NCBI RefSeq assembly: GCF_963921235.1
Contig: NC_086097.1
Coordinates: 135,782,001 to 135,846,000 of the forward strand
Source of the DNA: Mobula hypostoma
Lineage: Eukaryota
Length of the DNA stretch: 64,000 nt
Direction: 5' to 3'
Shown: piece after piece, positions 1 through 12,170 of the stretch
Layout of the letters: each line of letters opens with the position of its first letter
Position numbering within the stretch: the stretch's first letter is position 1
Program-made: the position numbers and the translations under genes
The notes under the pieces: generated by a model
The model's database searches: none
What the model was told of the DNA's origin: nothing
Seen by the model: only the letters and a program-made list of their open reading frames with translations

Positions 1-240
1 ATCTCCTGTACACCAAGATGGACTCTTGATTTCACAGTCTACTTCGTCATGGCCTTGCGCTGAAATGCCCGCACTGCACTTTCTCTGTTACTGTAACACT
101 CTATTCTGCATCCTGTTACTGCTTTCCCCTTACATCACCTCAATGTAGTGATGTGTTGAAATGATCTGTATGGATGGCATGCAGAACGAAGTTTTTCACT
201 CTACCTCAGTACATGTGACAGTAATAAACTAGTTAGTAAA
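1..240 (+). mobile_element. 3' UTR/tail fragment of a Rex1/L2-type LINE
   Basis: Similar 3' sequence follows RT remnants at ~36640-36910 and ~39500-39660. It ends with AATAAA near 223. Confidence 0.55.
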
Positions 241-1104
241 ATTTGCCAAGTCGTAGTCTTGTTAAGCTATAAAACTCAGCTACACATCATTGCCTGCTCT
301 TGGGGTTGTACAACCTGCTGCTGCTTCTATCCCTTACATTCCTTGTCCCATTACCATTGCTAGGACACCTCAGGGTGGCAGTAGACCTTGGGCTACAGAC
401 TGCTGCCAAGAAACAGGTCTCCCAAATTTCCACTCTCAATGTGCAAGCCATGTGAAAGACTCTGAGATTAATTATGACAAGTGAGAGAGTACATGTGCTG
501 GTGATGTTAGCTGTGGATAGGGCTAGGTCATCTTGTCGATCGGCAGTTTCAACAGCTCCATTGTAGGCAGCAGTGACTTAATCTGTTCGCAGAACTAAGG
601 ATACATGACATCATCGTCCCTTGAGACTTCCAGACATTCATCTCGGTCTTTCCAAATCTGTCTTGTGTACATACGGAAGAGTGAGCTATGAACAGGCGTC
701 GGCTACTCACCTCCTTAAGCCTGCTCCACCATTCAAGTAGCCTGATCTAATTATTCCCTTCAATCCCAGTAACCTTTCACAACACCCCGCCTTACTTATC
801 ATAAATCTATCTACAGTTGCCATTAAAAGATCCAAGGCTCGATAAAAGAGAGAGTTCCAAAAGCTCACAACAATCAGAGGGACAATTTTCACTTTCGCTA
901 CATGGTGACCATTATTTTTAAACCATTAATCCTAATTTTAGATCCTCCCTCAAGAGGGAACGTCCTCTGTGCATGCACACTCCTGAGATCCCTCAGGATC
1001 TTATCTGTTTCAGCCACGCCCCCTTTCACTCTTCCGTTGCAGTGGGCTCAAGCCTTATCTTCACGACCATCCCCCATTAGATAACCTGCCTATTGCATCC
1101 ATTA

Positions 1105-1685
1105 TTTTGGTGCTGAATGTACCACGGGTCAAGAATGATGAGTTCGGAGAAGTACATAAAGGTACGGAAGGCGCTGGCGTGGAGGGCTATGAAAGACATG
1201 AAAGAAATCTGGAAGTCGAACCTGACCAGAGGGCTTAAAAAGAGGATCTTCATAGCAGTCATAGAGTCCATCCTCACGTACGGATGTGAGACGTGGACAC
1301 TCACCAAGACTATGCGATGGTTGCTATACACGAATGCTCCGGATGGCTCTTGACGTGAGTTGGCAACAGCACACGACGAACGTCGAGCTCTGTAATGACC
1401 TATTGATGCTCACCACCAAAATCGAGGTGAAAAGACTGCAACTAGCAGGGCACTGTCTACGCCACCCCGAGCCACCTGCCAGCCTAGTCATCACATGGGA
1501 GCCCAAGCACGGGAGGATGAACCCTGGGCGCCCTCCCAAGACTATGGTCAACACGCTCCTAGAAGACAGCTGCGCGGCTAATGTAGATGAACTGAACACA
1601 CTGATGAGGGAGAGGGAGAAGTGGAGAGTCTGTCATCGTGCGCGACGCCGGCCCCCTAGACCTGAGTTGACGTCGTAGTAGTGGT
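1105..1685 (+). mobile_element. 5'-truncated RTE-clade LINE, C-terminal part of the RT ORF, frameshifted
   Basis: ORFs 1117-1353 and 1286-1678 join into ...IESILTYGCETWTLTK / DGCYTRMLRMAL...RLQLAGHCLRH...GRPPKT, which are typical RTE C-terminal motifs. A short (GTA)n-like tail follows. Confidence 0.85.
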
Positions 1686-1859
1686 TTACAGAAACACAGT
1701 TTGTGCAAAGCCCTTGATGGAAGTTTGAAAGTTGAGTATTCATCAAGTCTTGGATTTATGACATTGGGACATCCGAGGTATCAACTGCCATCAGAAAGAT
1801 AAAAGGTCATCCAGATACCCTGGAATAAATTTATTAGCTTTGCACCCTTCCCCCACAGA

Positions 1860-2172
1860 GCAGTGCCATAGTGTAGCTACCTCTGTGCTCCCAGGTTCAA
1901 TCCTAACCTCCAGTGCCGAGTGGAGTTTGCACATTCTCCCTGTGACCACCTATGGGCATTGGTTTCCTCTCAGATCTCAAAGCTCTTTGGATTAGGAGGT
2001 TCCATGGCCACTGCAAATTGCCCCTAGTGTGTAGGTAGATGTTAGAATTTTTTTTGGGGGGGGAGTTCATTGGAATTAGAGGGAAATCATCAAGAGGATG
2101 ACTGTTGATGATTGATGGCCGGCACAGACTCGGTGGGCCGAAGGGCCTGTTTCTGTGCTCTTTCTCCCTATG
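1860..2172 (+). mobile_element. tRNA-derived SINE (HE1/V-SINE-like)
   Basis: B-box-like ggttcaatcc, central gtggagtttgcacattctccctgtgacc, and CR1-like 3' end gtgggccgaagggcctgtttctgtgct. Confidence 0.75.
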
Positions 2173-2259
2173 AAACTTTCTGAAACAATTGCCCACTGCA
2201 GACAGAGAAGCTGCCATGTACTGTGCAGCTCTCATGTTGCTTAGGAAGATAAGGTGAGG

Positions 2260-2745
2260 CAATTCTGGTCATCCCACTACAGGAAGGATGTGGGGGCTTT
2301 GGAAAGGGTGCAGAAGAGGTTTACCAGGATGCTGTCTAGATTAGAGGGTATGAGCTATAAGCCATAGTTGGACAAACTTGGGTTGTTTTTCCTGGAGTGC
2401 CAGAGGCTGAGGGGAGATTTGATAGAAGTTTAGAAAATTATGAGGGATATAGATAGGCAGTCAGAGTCTTTTCTCCTCCCACAGAAATATCAAATACTAG
2501 AGGATGTATATTTAAAGCAGACAGGAAAACTAGAGTGAGCAAGTTTTTACACAGAGACTAGTGGGTGCCTACAATGGGTTGCCAGTGGTAATGGTGGAAG
2601 CAGATACAATGGTAGTGTTTAAAAGGCGCTAATTAGACACATGAATATACAAGGGAGGAGGGATATGTACTGGCAGAAGGAATTTAGTTTACTTTGGTAT
2701 CATTATGGATTGTGGATGAAAGGGACTGTTCTGCTTTCCATGTTC
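2260..2745 (+). mobile_element. Degenerate CR1 LINE 3' fragment
   Basis: Remnant of QFWSPHYRKDV..LERVQKRFTRML, homologous to the other CR1 3' ends in the window. Confidence 0.8.
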
Positions 2746-3851
2746 AATAGCTCCAATCATGGGATTCGGAGGTGCCGTCGTTCAGTTGGAACTTGGAGAT
2801 GAGGAATTGCCCCTCCTCGGAGGCGTGAGGACAGTCCGGGATGGGTGATGAATACTGGCCATGTCCTGTGAATGAACCAGAATCAAGATGTCAGGAAGGG
2901 GTCCTCAAGCCAGCCTGGCAAATTAAGTCCCATTAATGCCAGGTACTGAATTCTACCACCAAGACCCCTACGCACACGGGGTCTCTCACTTTAAGAGCCT
3001 TTGTATTGATAGTCATTTTAACAAGGGATCTGGAATAATAATTGTAATTATACTGTGTGTACATCTATCTCTTATGGACTGATAAAGGTGTGTTATTCAT
3101 ATCCCCTGGTGTAAATTAATCTTGGAGCTACATCACAGAATGAAGATAAATGAAGTGTGTGTCACTTTATGGTGTGCTCCCTCACTGTTGTGTATTAAGC
3201 TTTGCTCAGTGGATACTGGGTTACAGCTTCCAGTATTCCTGCCGGTCAGATTAACCAAAGGCTAATGGGCCGAGGAGAGTGGGGGGTGTCAAAGTGCCTC
3301 TATATGGAGGGTAAAAAAGTTTCCCTTGTGAAAGTCTTCAAGGAAGTCAATCAGTCTCCTTCAGAGGGTTTAAACAAAAGCGATCTTCTGTAAACAGCGA
3401 CTTGTTTTCTATTAATGTAAAACACAGATGTAAAAATAATGACTCTGTACATAGTCAAAGCTAGCCCAAAACTCCAGGGACCCATGTGCCTGGTGAGACT
3501 GACGGCTGCAAACTGGGTGGCCTTTGTCAGTGGGCTGAAAGATAACATTCAACCCATGTTTATTTTTGCACTTTTTAACACTGTGATTTGTATCATTTTG
3601 TAACTAATGTGGGCTTTCCTGCAATTTATGCACTATTTCTTATTCTACTTCTGTAATAGTGCCTTTGCCACTTGCATAATGGTGAAATCAATCCAGAATC
3701 AGCAATGACAAGAGAGTGGTTTAAATTTGCTAGTCACCAAAGAAATCCAGCATGTAGCGAAATGATCTCAAGGGCAAGTGTCGTCCCCACAGAAAGTGGG
3801 GAGAAGAGTAGAAAACCCCTGCAAGTGTCTGAGATCATGTTGGTTAGCACA

Positions 3852-3856
<5 letters not shown>

Positions 3857-3900
<44 letters not shown>

Positions 3901-3934
3901 ACACACATACATACACACACACACACTCACACAC

Positions 3935-3980
<46 letters not shown>

Positions 3981-4093
3981 GTGCACACACGTGTACACAC
4001 ACACACACAAACACACACACAAACACACACACACACTCACACACACACACACTCACACACACACACACACTCACACACACACAAACACACACA

Positions 4094-4132
<39 letters not shown>

Positions 4133-4201
4133 ACACACACACACACACTCACACACACACAAACACACACACAAACACACACACACTCACACACACACAC
4201 A

Positions 4202-4256
<55 letters not shown>

Positions 4257-4263
4257 ACACACA
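3857..4263. repeat. Interrupted (CA)n microsatellite, ~400 bp
   Basis: Directly visible, with CT/TA/AA interruptions. Confidence 0.98.
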
Positions 4264-4269
4264 ACCACC

Positions 4270-4560
4270 AATCTTCATTGGTGCAATGCATCAAACTACC
4301 AAGGCTACTTGAACAGCAAACCAAGCCCGTCACCTCCACCAGCAAGAAGAACCATTATGGAGGCCCTATCACCTGCAGGTTCCCTTGCACATTGCACACT
4401 GTTCTGACTTGGAGATGTACACCAGTTCTCCATTGTCACTGGGTTTGAATCGTGACACTCCCTCCCCAGCAGTGCTGTAGAAACACGTTCACCAGAAGGT
4501 CTAGAGCAGTCAAGATGATGGCACATGCTCCCCCACTTCCTTGAAGGCCATGCCACTGAC
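4270..4560 (+). mobile_element. Old LINE 3' fragment, same family as the minus-strand copy at ~21050-21700
   Basis: Degenerate segments (ctgacttggagatgtacacc..., ctcctccccagcagtgctgt) match the reverse complement of 21070-21250. Confidence 0.5.
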
Positions 4561-4799
4561 ACCCACATCCTCGGGGTCAGACTGGTTGGTGTGGCAATTT
4601 CAATGCATGGGATTGAGAGAGGCTGCAGATCGTAGCGTACGCAGTTTACATACCCAGGGTGTAAATGCCATGAAGTTGGCTTTTTGCAGCAGTATGGTAT
4701 ATTACAAATATGACAGATTTTAATATAATAAATTGACATAAACAATGCATAATTTATCCAATACAATAGACTAAAATGCACATAATGACCTGACTGTAA

Positions 4800-6810
4800 G
4801 TTGAGGCACATATTATCCAAAGTCAGTCGGTCCAAGAACCTGATAGCAGTGGGGAAGAAGCAGTTGTTGAACCTTGAGGAGAGGTTCTTCAGGCTCCTGT
4901 ACCTCCTGCCTGATGACAGGATTGAGAAGAGGGCATGACCCAGATGTTGAATGTCCTTTATTATGGATGTTGCCTCCCTGAGATATCACCTCTTTGAAAC
5001 TAGAATTAGAATTGGTTTATTATTGTCACACGTACTGAGGTACAGTGAAGAGCTTGTTTTGCATACGTTTCATGCAGATCAATTCATTACACAGTACATT
5101 GAGGTAGTACAGGGTAGAAAAACAACAGTATGCAGAATATAGTGCAACAACTTCAGAGAAAATATAGTGCAAGTAATCAATAAGGTGCAAGGGCATTATA
5201 AAGTCAAGAGTCAGTCTTATAGGACTAGAAAACCATTCAATGACAGCCTTAGAACAGCAGGATAGAAGCTGTCCTTGAGCTTGGTAGTCTGTGCTTTCAG
5301 GCTTTGTATCTTCTACCTGACGGAGAGAGGAAGTCTGGGTGGGTGGGGTTTTTGAATTTTGCTGGCTGCTTTACTGAGGCAGTGCGAAGTGTGGGCAGGG
5401 TTCATATAGGGGAGACTGGTTTTGTGGTGTGCTGAGCTGCGTCCACAGTACTCTGCAGGTTCTTACAGTCATGTGCAGAGCAGCTACCATACCAATCTCT
5501 TATGCATCCAGGTAGGGTGCTTTTATGGTGCATCAATAAAACTTGGTAAGAGTCTGTGGGATCATGACAAATTTCTCTAGCCTTCTGAAGTAAAGGCGCT
5601 TAGTAAGCTTTGTTGGTCATGACATCAATGTGGTTGGGGCAGCACAGACTACTGGTGGTGTTCACTCCTAGGAACTTGAAGCTCTCAACCCTGTCAACCT
5701 TAACACCCTTGATGTAGACAGGAGGATTTGCAGAAGCTTCCTTCCTGAAGTCAATAACCAGCTCTTCTGTTTTGCTGACATTGAGGGAAAATTGTTGTCA
5801 TGACACCATGTTACTAAGCTCACTCTCTCCTTCTTGTGGTGGTATCACCTGCAAACTTGTAGATGGAGTTACAGCAGAATCTGGCCATGCTTTCTTGAGT
5901 GTACTGGGAATAGAGTAAAAGTCTGAGGACACAGCCTCATGAGGCACTGGTGTTGAGGATCATCATGCTGATGGTATTGTTCCCTACCCTTTCTGACTGT
6001 GGTCTGTCGGTCAGCAAATCAAGGACCCTGTTACAAAGGAAGGAGTGGAGTACCAGGTCTCAGAGTTTGCTTGGAATTATGGTATTGAAGGAAGACCTGT
6101 AGTCAATAAATAATAGTCTAATGTAAGTGCTTTTACCACCCAGTTGCTCCAGTAATGGTGTTTGCTGCAGACCTTATTCAGCGGTAGGCAGATTGCAGAG
6201 AGTGGAGGCTGGAGTTAATGCGAGACAATATTAGCTTCTAAAGCTGTTCACGTTAATGGATGTCAGAGCCAGCAGGTGTCAGTCATAAAGTACATTATTT
6301 TGATTTTCTGAGGTAGCAAGATGATAGTTGTCTTCTTAAAGCAAGTGAAAAAGTCATACTGGAGCAGAAAGAGGTTAAAAGTGTCTGCAAATACTCCTGC
6401 CAGATGATGTACGTAAGATCTAAGGGCACAGCCAGAGACACCATCTGGGCCAAATGCTTTCTATGGGTTCACTGTCCAGAAAACTGATCTTATTACAGCA
6501 TTTGGGGTCATAGGAGGTTGTTGGTGTTGGTGTGGGTGGTGATAATACGGTCCTCGTCTGCACAAAACATGCATGGAATGCATTAAGTTAATCGGGAAGA
6601 AGTGCGCTGTTGGCGAAGTTGCCTGACTTTATTTTGTAGCCCTTTATAGCATGTAAACCCTGGCTTGGCATAACAAATGGCTGGTTTTAGACTGGGATCG
6701 TCTCTTGCCATCCCTGATAGCTGACTTCTCGATTTCCTGCGAAGGTCACTGTCACCTGATTTGAATGTTGCAGTCCTAGACTTTATTAGTGAGTGGATTT
6801 TCCAGATCTA
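4800..6810 (-). mobile_element. Degenerate Rex1/Babar-type LINE remnants, at least two pieces
   Basis: Reverse strand resembles the RT at 42000-43400 ([26 protein letters not shown] segments) with many stops. Confidence 0.7.
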
Positions 6811-6869
6811 TCAATTTAGGGACATTGTTTGACATAAAAAAGCCACAATTCATGACACCCTTAATGTAA

Positions 6870-7335
6870 TGTTGCTTGGCGGCCGGGGCTGGGGTCGAAG
6901 CGCTTGGCAGAGATGGTGCTCGGTGTCGGAGGTCTGGTCGGAGCCTCGAAGTTTTTGGACGGACTCAAGAGTCTGCTGTGGTCGGGTGCTTCCAGGGTGC
7001 TGCATCGGCAAGTTTGTGGCGCTGGAAGTTCATGGCAGGGAAAGTTTTCTTCCTTCTACCGTCTGTGTGAGATGACGGGACTTTCGAGAGACTTTGAGAC
7101 TATTTTTAACCGTGCCCATGGCCTGTTCTTTATCAAATTATGGTAAAGAATTTGCACTGTTGTAACTATATGTTATAATTATGTGGTTTTTCTCAGTTTT
7201 TCAGTCTTAGTTTGTCTTGTGTTTCTGTGATATCATACTGTAGGAACATTGTATCATTTCTTAATGCATGCGTTACTAAATGACAATAAAAGAGGACTGC
7301 ATGTCCTCATAATCTAATCTAATCTAATAATCTAA
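6870..7335 (+). mobile_element. Non-autonomous retroelement 3' part with hairpin and (TAATC)n tail
   Basis: GC/CpG-rich body, AATAAA at ~7286, GAGGAC/GTCCTC stem, then taatctaatctaatc. Confidence 0.6.
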
Positions 7336-8129
7336 TTGAAATAGCCTTTGCATTGCACAAGTGTATGATCAGAACTTGGGAGCATACCATTTAAACAAAG
7401 ACTAGAGCCAGTGTAGGAAACTTTGTCCTGTCGGCAGGCTAATTGTCTCACATTATGCTCTGTCTTTAGCTGGGCTTCTCAAATGCTGACATTTTATCCT
7501 AAGCAGAAAACAGCAACATTTGGAAAAACTCATCAGGTCAGGAAGTGTCTACAGAGAGAGAAGAAGAGGCAACATTCTGTGCCTGTGACCTGTTACTCCA
7601 CCTGTTTACAGATCTGAAACACTGACTATTTGTCTCTCTATAGATGTTGTTGACCTGCTGAGATTTTTTTTAAGGATTTTCAGTTTTTATTTCGGATTTC
7701 TGGCATCTGAGTTTTTTTTAATTGTGTTATCTTTTTTTTAATGGTGTTCCCCACCTCTAGTATTGTCACGGTGACACTGAGCCATCACTAGAGCATGCGT
7801 AACAGTGCACTGGCACAGACTGAGTGAACAATTTGATTAAGTACTTGTAAGAGTCCTTTAGGAGAAGCCGATAGTGCGTGCTCTGCTGCCATGATCCTTT
7901 ATTTTGAGTTTATTGCCTTGAAGACAGCAATCGCTATTTGCTGACTAAATGATGGAGCTGTACTGAAACACAGTTCGGCAGGTTCTTTACTTTCCTCTAT
8001 CTGACTGGTGCCTTGCCTAGTTTCATCAACTCCTCTTTTCTGACTGAGCGGTCATCTGTTTCCGTAGACTCCAGGATACAGAACCGCTCTGCAATTCCTG
8101 TTCAAAAGCCAAATGTGTACATGTACTCA

Positions 8130-8880
8130 ACATAGAGCATAGAACAGTGCAGCAGAGGAACGGGCACCATACGTTATACCGAACTAACTAAAATAATCCA
8201 TTGGCCTCGACAACATCCAAATCCCTTCATCCCATGCTTATCTATGAACCTCTTAAACAGCACTATCTTATTTGCAAACAAGAGAAAAGGGTCTTAGCCC
8301 AAAACGTTGACTGTACTCTTTTCCTTCGATGCTGCCTGACCTGCTGAGTTTCTCCAGCATTTTGTGTATATTGCTAACATATTTGCCTCTAGCAATACCC
8401 CAGGCAGTTCATTTCACATCCCCCATCACTCTGTGTGAGAAACCAAATTGCCCTACACATTTCCTTTGAATTTAACCTCCTCTTCACTTAAATGCATGCC
8501 CTTTAGTATGAGACATTTTGACACTGGGTAAAAGATACCAGCTCTCTACTCCATCTATGCCCCTCATAATCTCATAAACCTTGATCAGATACCCACTCAG
8601 CCTCTGATGCTGCATGAAAACGACACTAATTTGTCCAACCTCTCCTTATAGTACTGGCCTTCTACTCCAGGCAACAGCCCGGTAACACTCTTCTGCACTG
8701 TCTCCAAAACCTCCACATCCATCCTATAATGAAAGGCAATGCTCTAGATGTGACTAGAGTTTTACAAAGCTGCATGCAACTTTCCGACTATTGAACTCAG
8801 TGTCCCGACTAATACAGGCAAGCATGTCACAGGCCTTCTCTATCACCCTGTCAACTTGTGCAGTCACTTTCAGGGAGTTT
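8130..8880 (-). mobile_element. Degenerate CR1 3' fragment, interrupted at ~8275-8378 by a fold-back (Penelope-type) remnant
   Basis: Reverse-complement similarity to the CR1 3' end at 16213-16890, with a catagagcatagaac tail. Confidence 0.65.
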
Positions 8881-9231
8881 GTTTTAAAGGAACACATTGC
8901 TCTCTGTTGGTGTTGGTGTTCAAAATCTCAATGCAAATACTGTATCTCATCAGACCTTCCTGTGGCAATGCTTGGGGGAAGTCTGCTCTCTTAATGGTCC
9001 TGCCCTTAGAGTGTCAGTTCTGTACTGAGATACTGTACAACACCAAGGTTTTGTTTATCCTGCCATGAGAAAGATTATTCCATGCATTGAGAAAGTCGGA
9101 TTGCAGAATATACTGTAGAGTAGCAGCTACAGAGAATGTGTAGTGCAGGTAGACAATTAAAATAAGGGGCCACAATGACGTAGATTGGGACAGCAAGAGT
9201 TCATCTTTATTGGTCAAAGATCCATCTAAGC

Positions 9232-11680
9232 CAGTGGTGTCAAACTACCGGCCTGTGAAGGGGTCCAATCCAGCCCGCGGGATGATTTGGGGGAAAAAAA
9301 TCTATATTCACGACCATTCATTCTGTATCTGTACGGCAGCCGCACTCTCTCCCTCCCTCTGCTGTGTGTGCTGCCTGCTGTGCCGGCAGCTTGTTGTGGG
9401 TACTTAGAAAACAATAGGGTGCAGTTCACCACCCGCTGTGCATAAGCACCTACCACCCTGCACTGAAGACCACTAGGGCCCCACTTATGTCGTCAGACAC
9501 AGTATAAACACACAGAGTACTCAGGTAAGTAACACCTGTAGCAAGGCTGAGTCTGTTTGCTGCTGTGGTTCAAAATGCTTTCCACGAATAGAAAAGTTGA
9601 CATCAAAGGTCGGATATCCAACGATAATTGGAAAGATCGTTTTTTCTTCTGTGAGGTCAACGGCAAACCTGTATGTCTGATATGCTCGCAACAAGTGGCT
9701 GTGGCAAAAGAGTACAATATCAAACAACACTATGAGATGTCACACAGAGAAAAATATGACAAGTATGCAGGACGACTCAGAACGCCAAAGGTAAATGAGC
9801 TTGAAGCAGCTCTGAAAAAACAGCAATCAGTTTTCACCAAAAGTCGAGAGACTCATGATGGAGCTGTCAAGGCCAGCTATACTATTGCCAACAAAATAGC
9901 TGCTGCGTCGAAGCCATACTCAGAGGGGGAATTCATCAAAGCATACATGCTGATGGTGGCTGAGCTGGTGTGCCCTGAGAAGAGACAGGCTTTTGGTAAT
10001 ATCAGCTTGTCAAGAAATACTGCGGCAGAGAGAATCGGGGATCTTGCAGGAGATTTGAACAGTCAACTAAAGGACAAAGAAAAGTCATTTATTGCCTTCT
10101 CTATTGCAATTGATGAGAGCACCGACGTGACTGATGTAGCTCATTTGGGAATATTTATTCATGGCGTTGATGCATCTTTGACCGTCACCGAGGAGTTTGT
10201 GGAGATGGTGCCCATGACAAACACCACCACAGCGAACGACGTTTTCTCCAGCCTCATCGAGGCCTTGGACAGACTGGGGGTTGACTGGAGTCACGCTGTC
10301 AGCGTGGCAACAGATGGCGCACCGTCCATGGTCGGGGAAAAGGCAGGTGTTGTTGTGAAACTCAGTGAGAAAGTTCAGACGGAGAATCCAGAGCAGGAAT
10401 TCTGGAATTTTCATTGTATTATACACCAAGAGACGTTATGTAGCAGTAGCCTGAAAATGGACAATGTCATGGATGTAGTAATCAAAACAGTTAATTTTAT
10501 TGGAGCCAAGGGACTCAAACATCGCAATTTGACACCCTTTTGTCCAAAAGTAATATTGGACACGGCCTCCCCTACCATACTGAAGTCCGCTGGTTGAGCA
10601 GAGGGGTTGTGTTCAAACGTTTTTTTCAATTACGTGCGGAAATTGGACTATTCATGAACAAGAAAGGGAAGCCAGTGCATTTTTGGTGGATATAACAGAG
10701 CACTTAAATGTGCTTAATGTTAACGTGCAAGACCGCAACAAACTTGTCATGGAATACTACGATGGCAATCGTGCCTTTCAAATTAAATTAGACCTGTGGG
10801 AGATGCAACTGTCCTGGAGAAACCCAGCTCATTTCCCCTCTTTGCAATCTGTGCGTGTCGCTCATGGGAGTAATGACAACATGGACAGGTACAAGGACAA
10901 AATATCACGGCTGAAAAGTGAGTTTCAGAATCGTTTCCAGGTCTTCACTCAGCTCGAGAAGGAATTCTCACTATTTTGCTTGCCGTTTGCTGTCAACGCA
11001 GCATCAGATGTGCCGGAGGAACTCCAAATGGAACTAATCGAAATTCAGTGTAACTCGGCTTTGAAATATAAATTTGAGACTGTGGGTCTGGACTCATTCT
11101 ATAAATACCTGGGACCGATGTACCCCAAGATGACAGACTTTGCCTCAAAGATCCTTTGCATGTTTGGGACAACATATCTCTGTGAGCAGGCGTTCTCTAT
11201 AATGAACATTAACAAATCCAAACTGCACTCGCAGCTGACACACGGACATCTAAATGACATTATGAAACTCACAACTGCCCAGAAACTGGTCCCTGATGTT
11301 GACAGGCTGGTTAAAGCCAAGAGATGTCAGGCGTCTGGAAGCAGCAAGTGAAAAATGAGTGACACTGTTCGATGCACCTCCACAAGTAAGCAAAAATGCA
11401 TTATGAAATATTGAGTGTCATAACATTGTGATTCATTCATAATCTGACTATTCTATTATTGTAAATATGATCACTTCAATAAAAATTAGAGGCTAACTGT
11501 GTCCATTGTCTGAGTTTGATTGCTGGAAGCAGGCTAATAAAAATTAAGTGCAGTCGTATTATTTACATTTACAATTCGTTTCGTTAGTTAGGTCTACATT
11601 TGTGTCTGCTAATGTTCGATTTCAAATGGTTTATTAATGGAAAAGGTGTGGCTCCCAAAACAATCTTAGCCAAAATAGCA
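9232..11680 (+). mobile_element. hAT (Charlie/SPIN-like) DNA transposon; left TIR present, right TIR not found
   Basis: Starts CAGTGGTGTCAAACTAC immediately after ATCTAAGC, a Charlie-type target site. Encodes a transposase. Subterminal tcttagccaaaa occurs near 11664. Confidence 0.85.
9575..11351 (+). pseudogene. Disrupted hAT transposase (GTF2IRD2/SPIN-like)
   Basis: Motifs PVCLIC...HY (BED-like), [31 protein letters not shown] and FGTTYLCEQAFS. Frameshift near 10527 and an apparent deletion near 10675. Confidence 0.9.
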
Positions 11681-11754
11681 TCATTTTTTCTCTCTCTCAT
11701 CACAACTATCTTGTAGTCTATGATTGTAAGTTAATACCAATCATAAAAATAATG

Positions 11755-12170
11755 CTTGCTAGGTGTTTGTCAAAGATTTAGATGAAATGCTGAATTTTCG
11801 CAAATATCTAAGAAAGTAGAGGTGCTGCCGTGCTTTCTTTGTAATTGCCATTACACGTAATCCAGGACAGATCCTCTGAAATGTTAACACCAAGGAGTTG
11901 CTGACCCTCATTATCTCAGATGCCCTGATGAGGATTGGCTCATGGACCTCTGGTTTCCTCTTCCTCAAATCAATAATCAGCTCCTTGTTCTTGCTGACAT
12001 TGAGTGAGAAGTTGTTGTTGTGGCTCCACTCAGCCAGATTTTCAATCTCCCTCCTGTATGCCAATTCGTCACCACAATGACAATGGTCTCATTGGAAAAC
12101 TTAATTATGGCATTGGAGTTGTGCTTAGTCACACAGTCATAAGGACAAACCAAGGAGAGCAGGGAGCAGG
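11755..12170 (-). mobile_element. Rex1/Babar-type LINE RT fragment
   Basis: ORF 11759-12064: EIENLAEWSHNNNFSLNVSKNKELIIDLRK...KKARQHLYFLR. Confidence 0.8.

Noticed and set aside
3734..4448. His/Thr-rich and Cys/Val-rich ORFs
   Set aside because: They are translations of the (CA)n microsatellite.
9557..11351. Host GTF2IRD2 or ZBED gene
   Set aside because: It has a TIR, a frameshift and a deletion, so it is a transposon copy.
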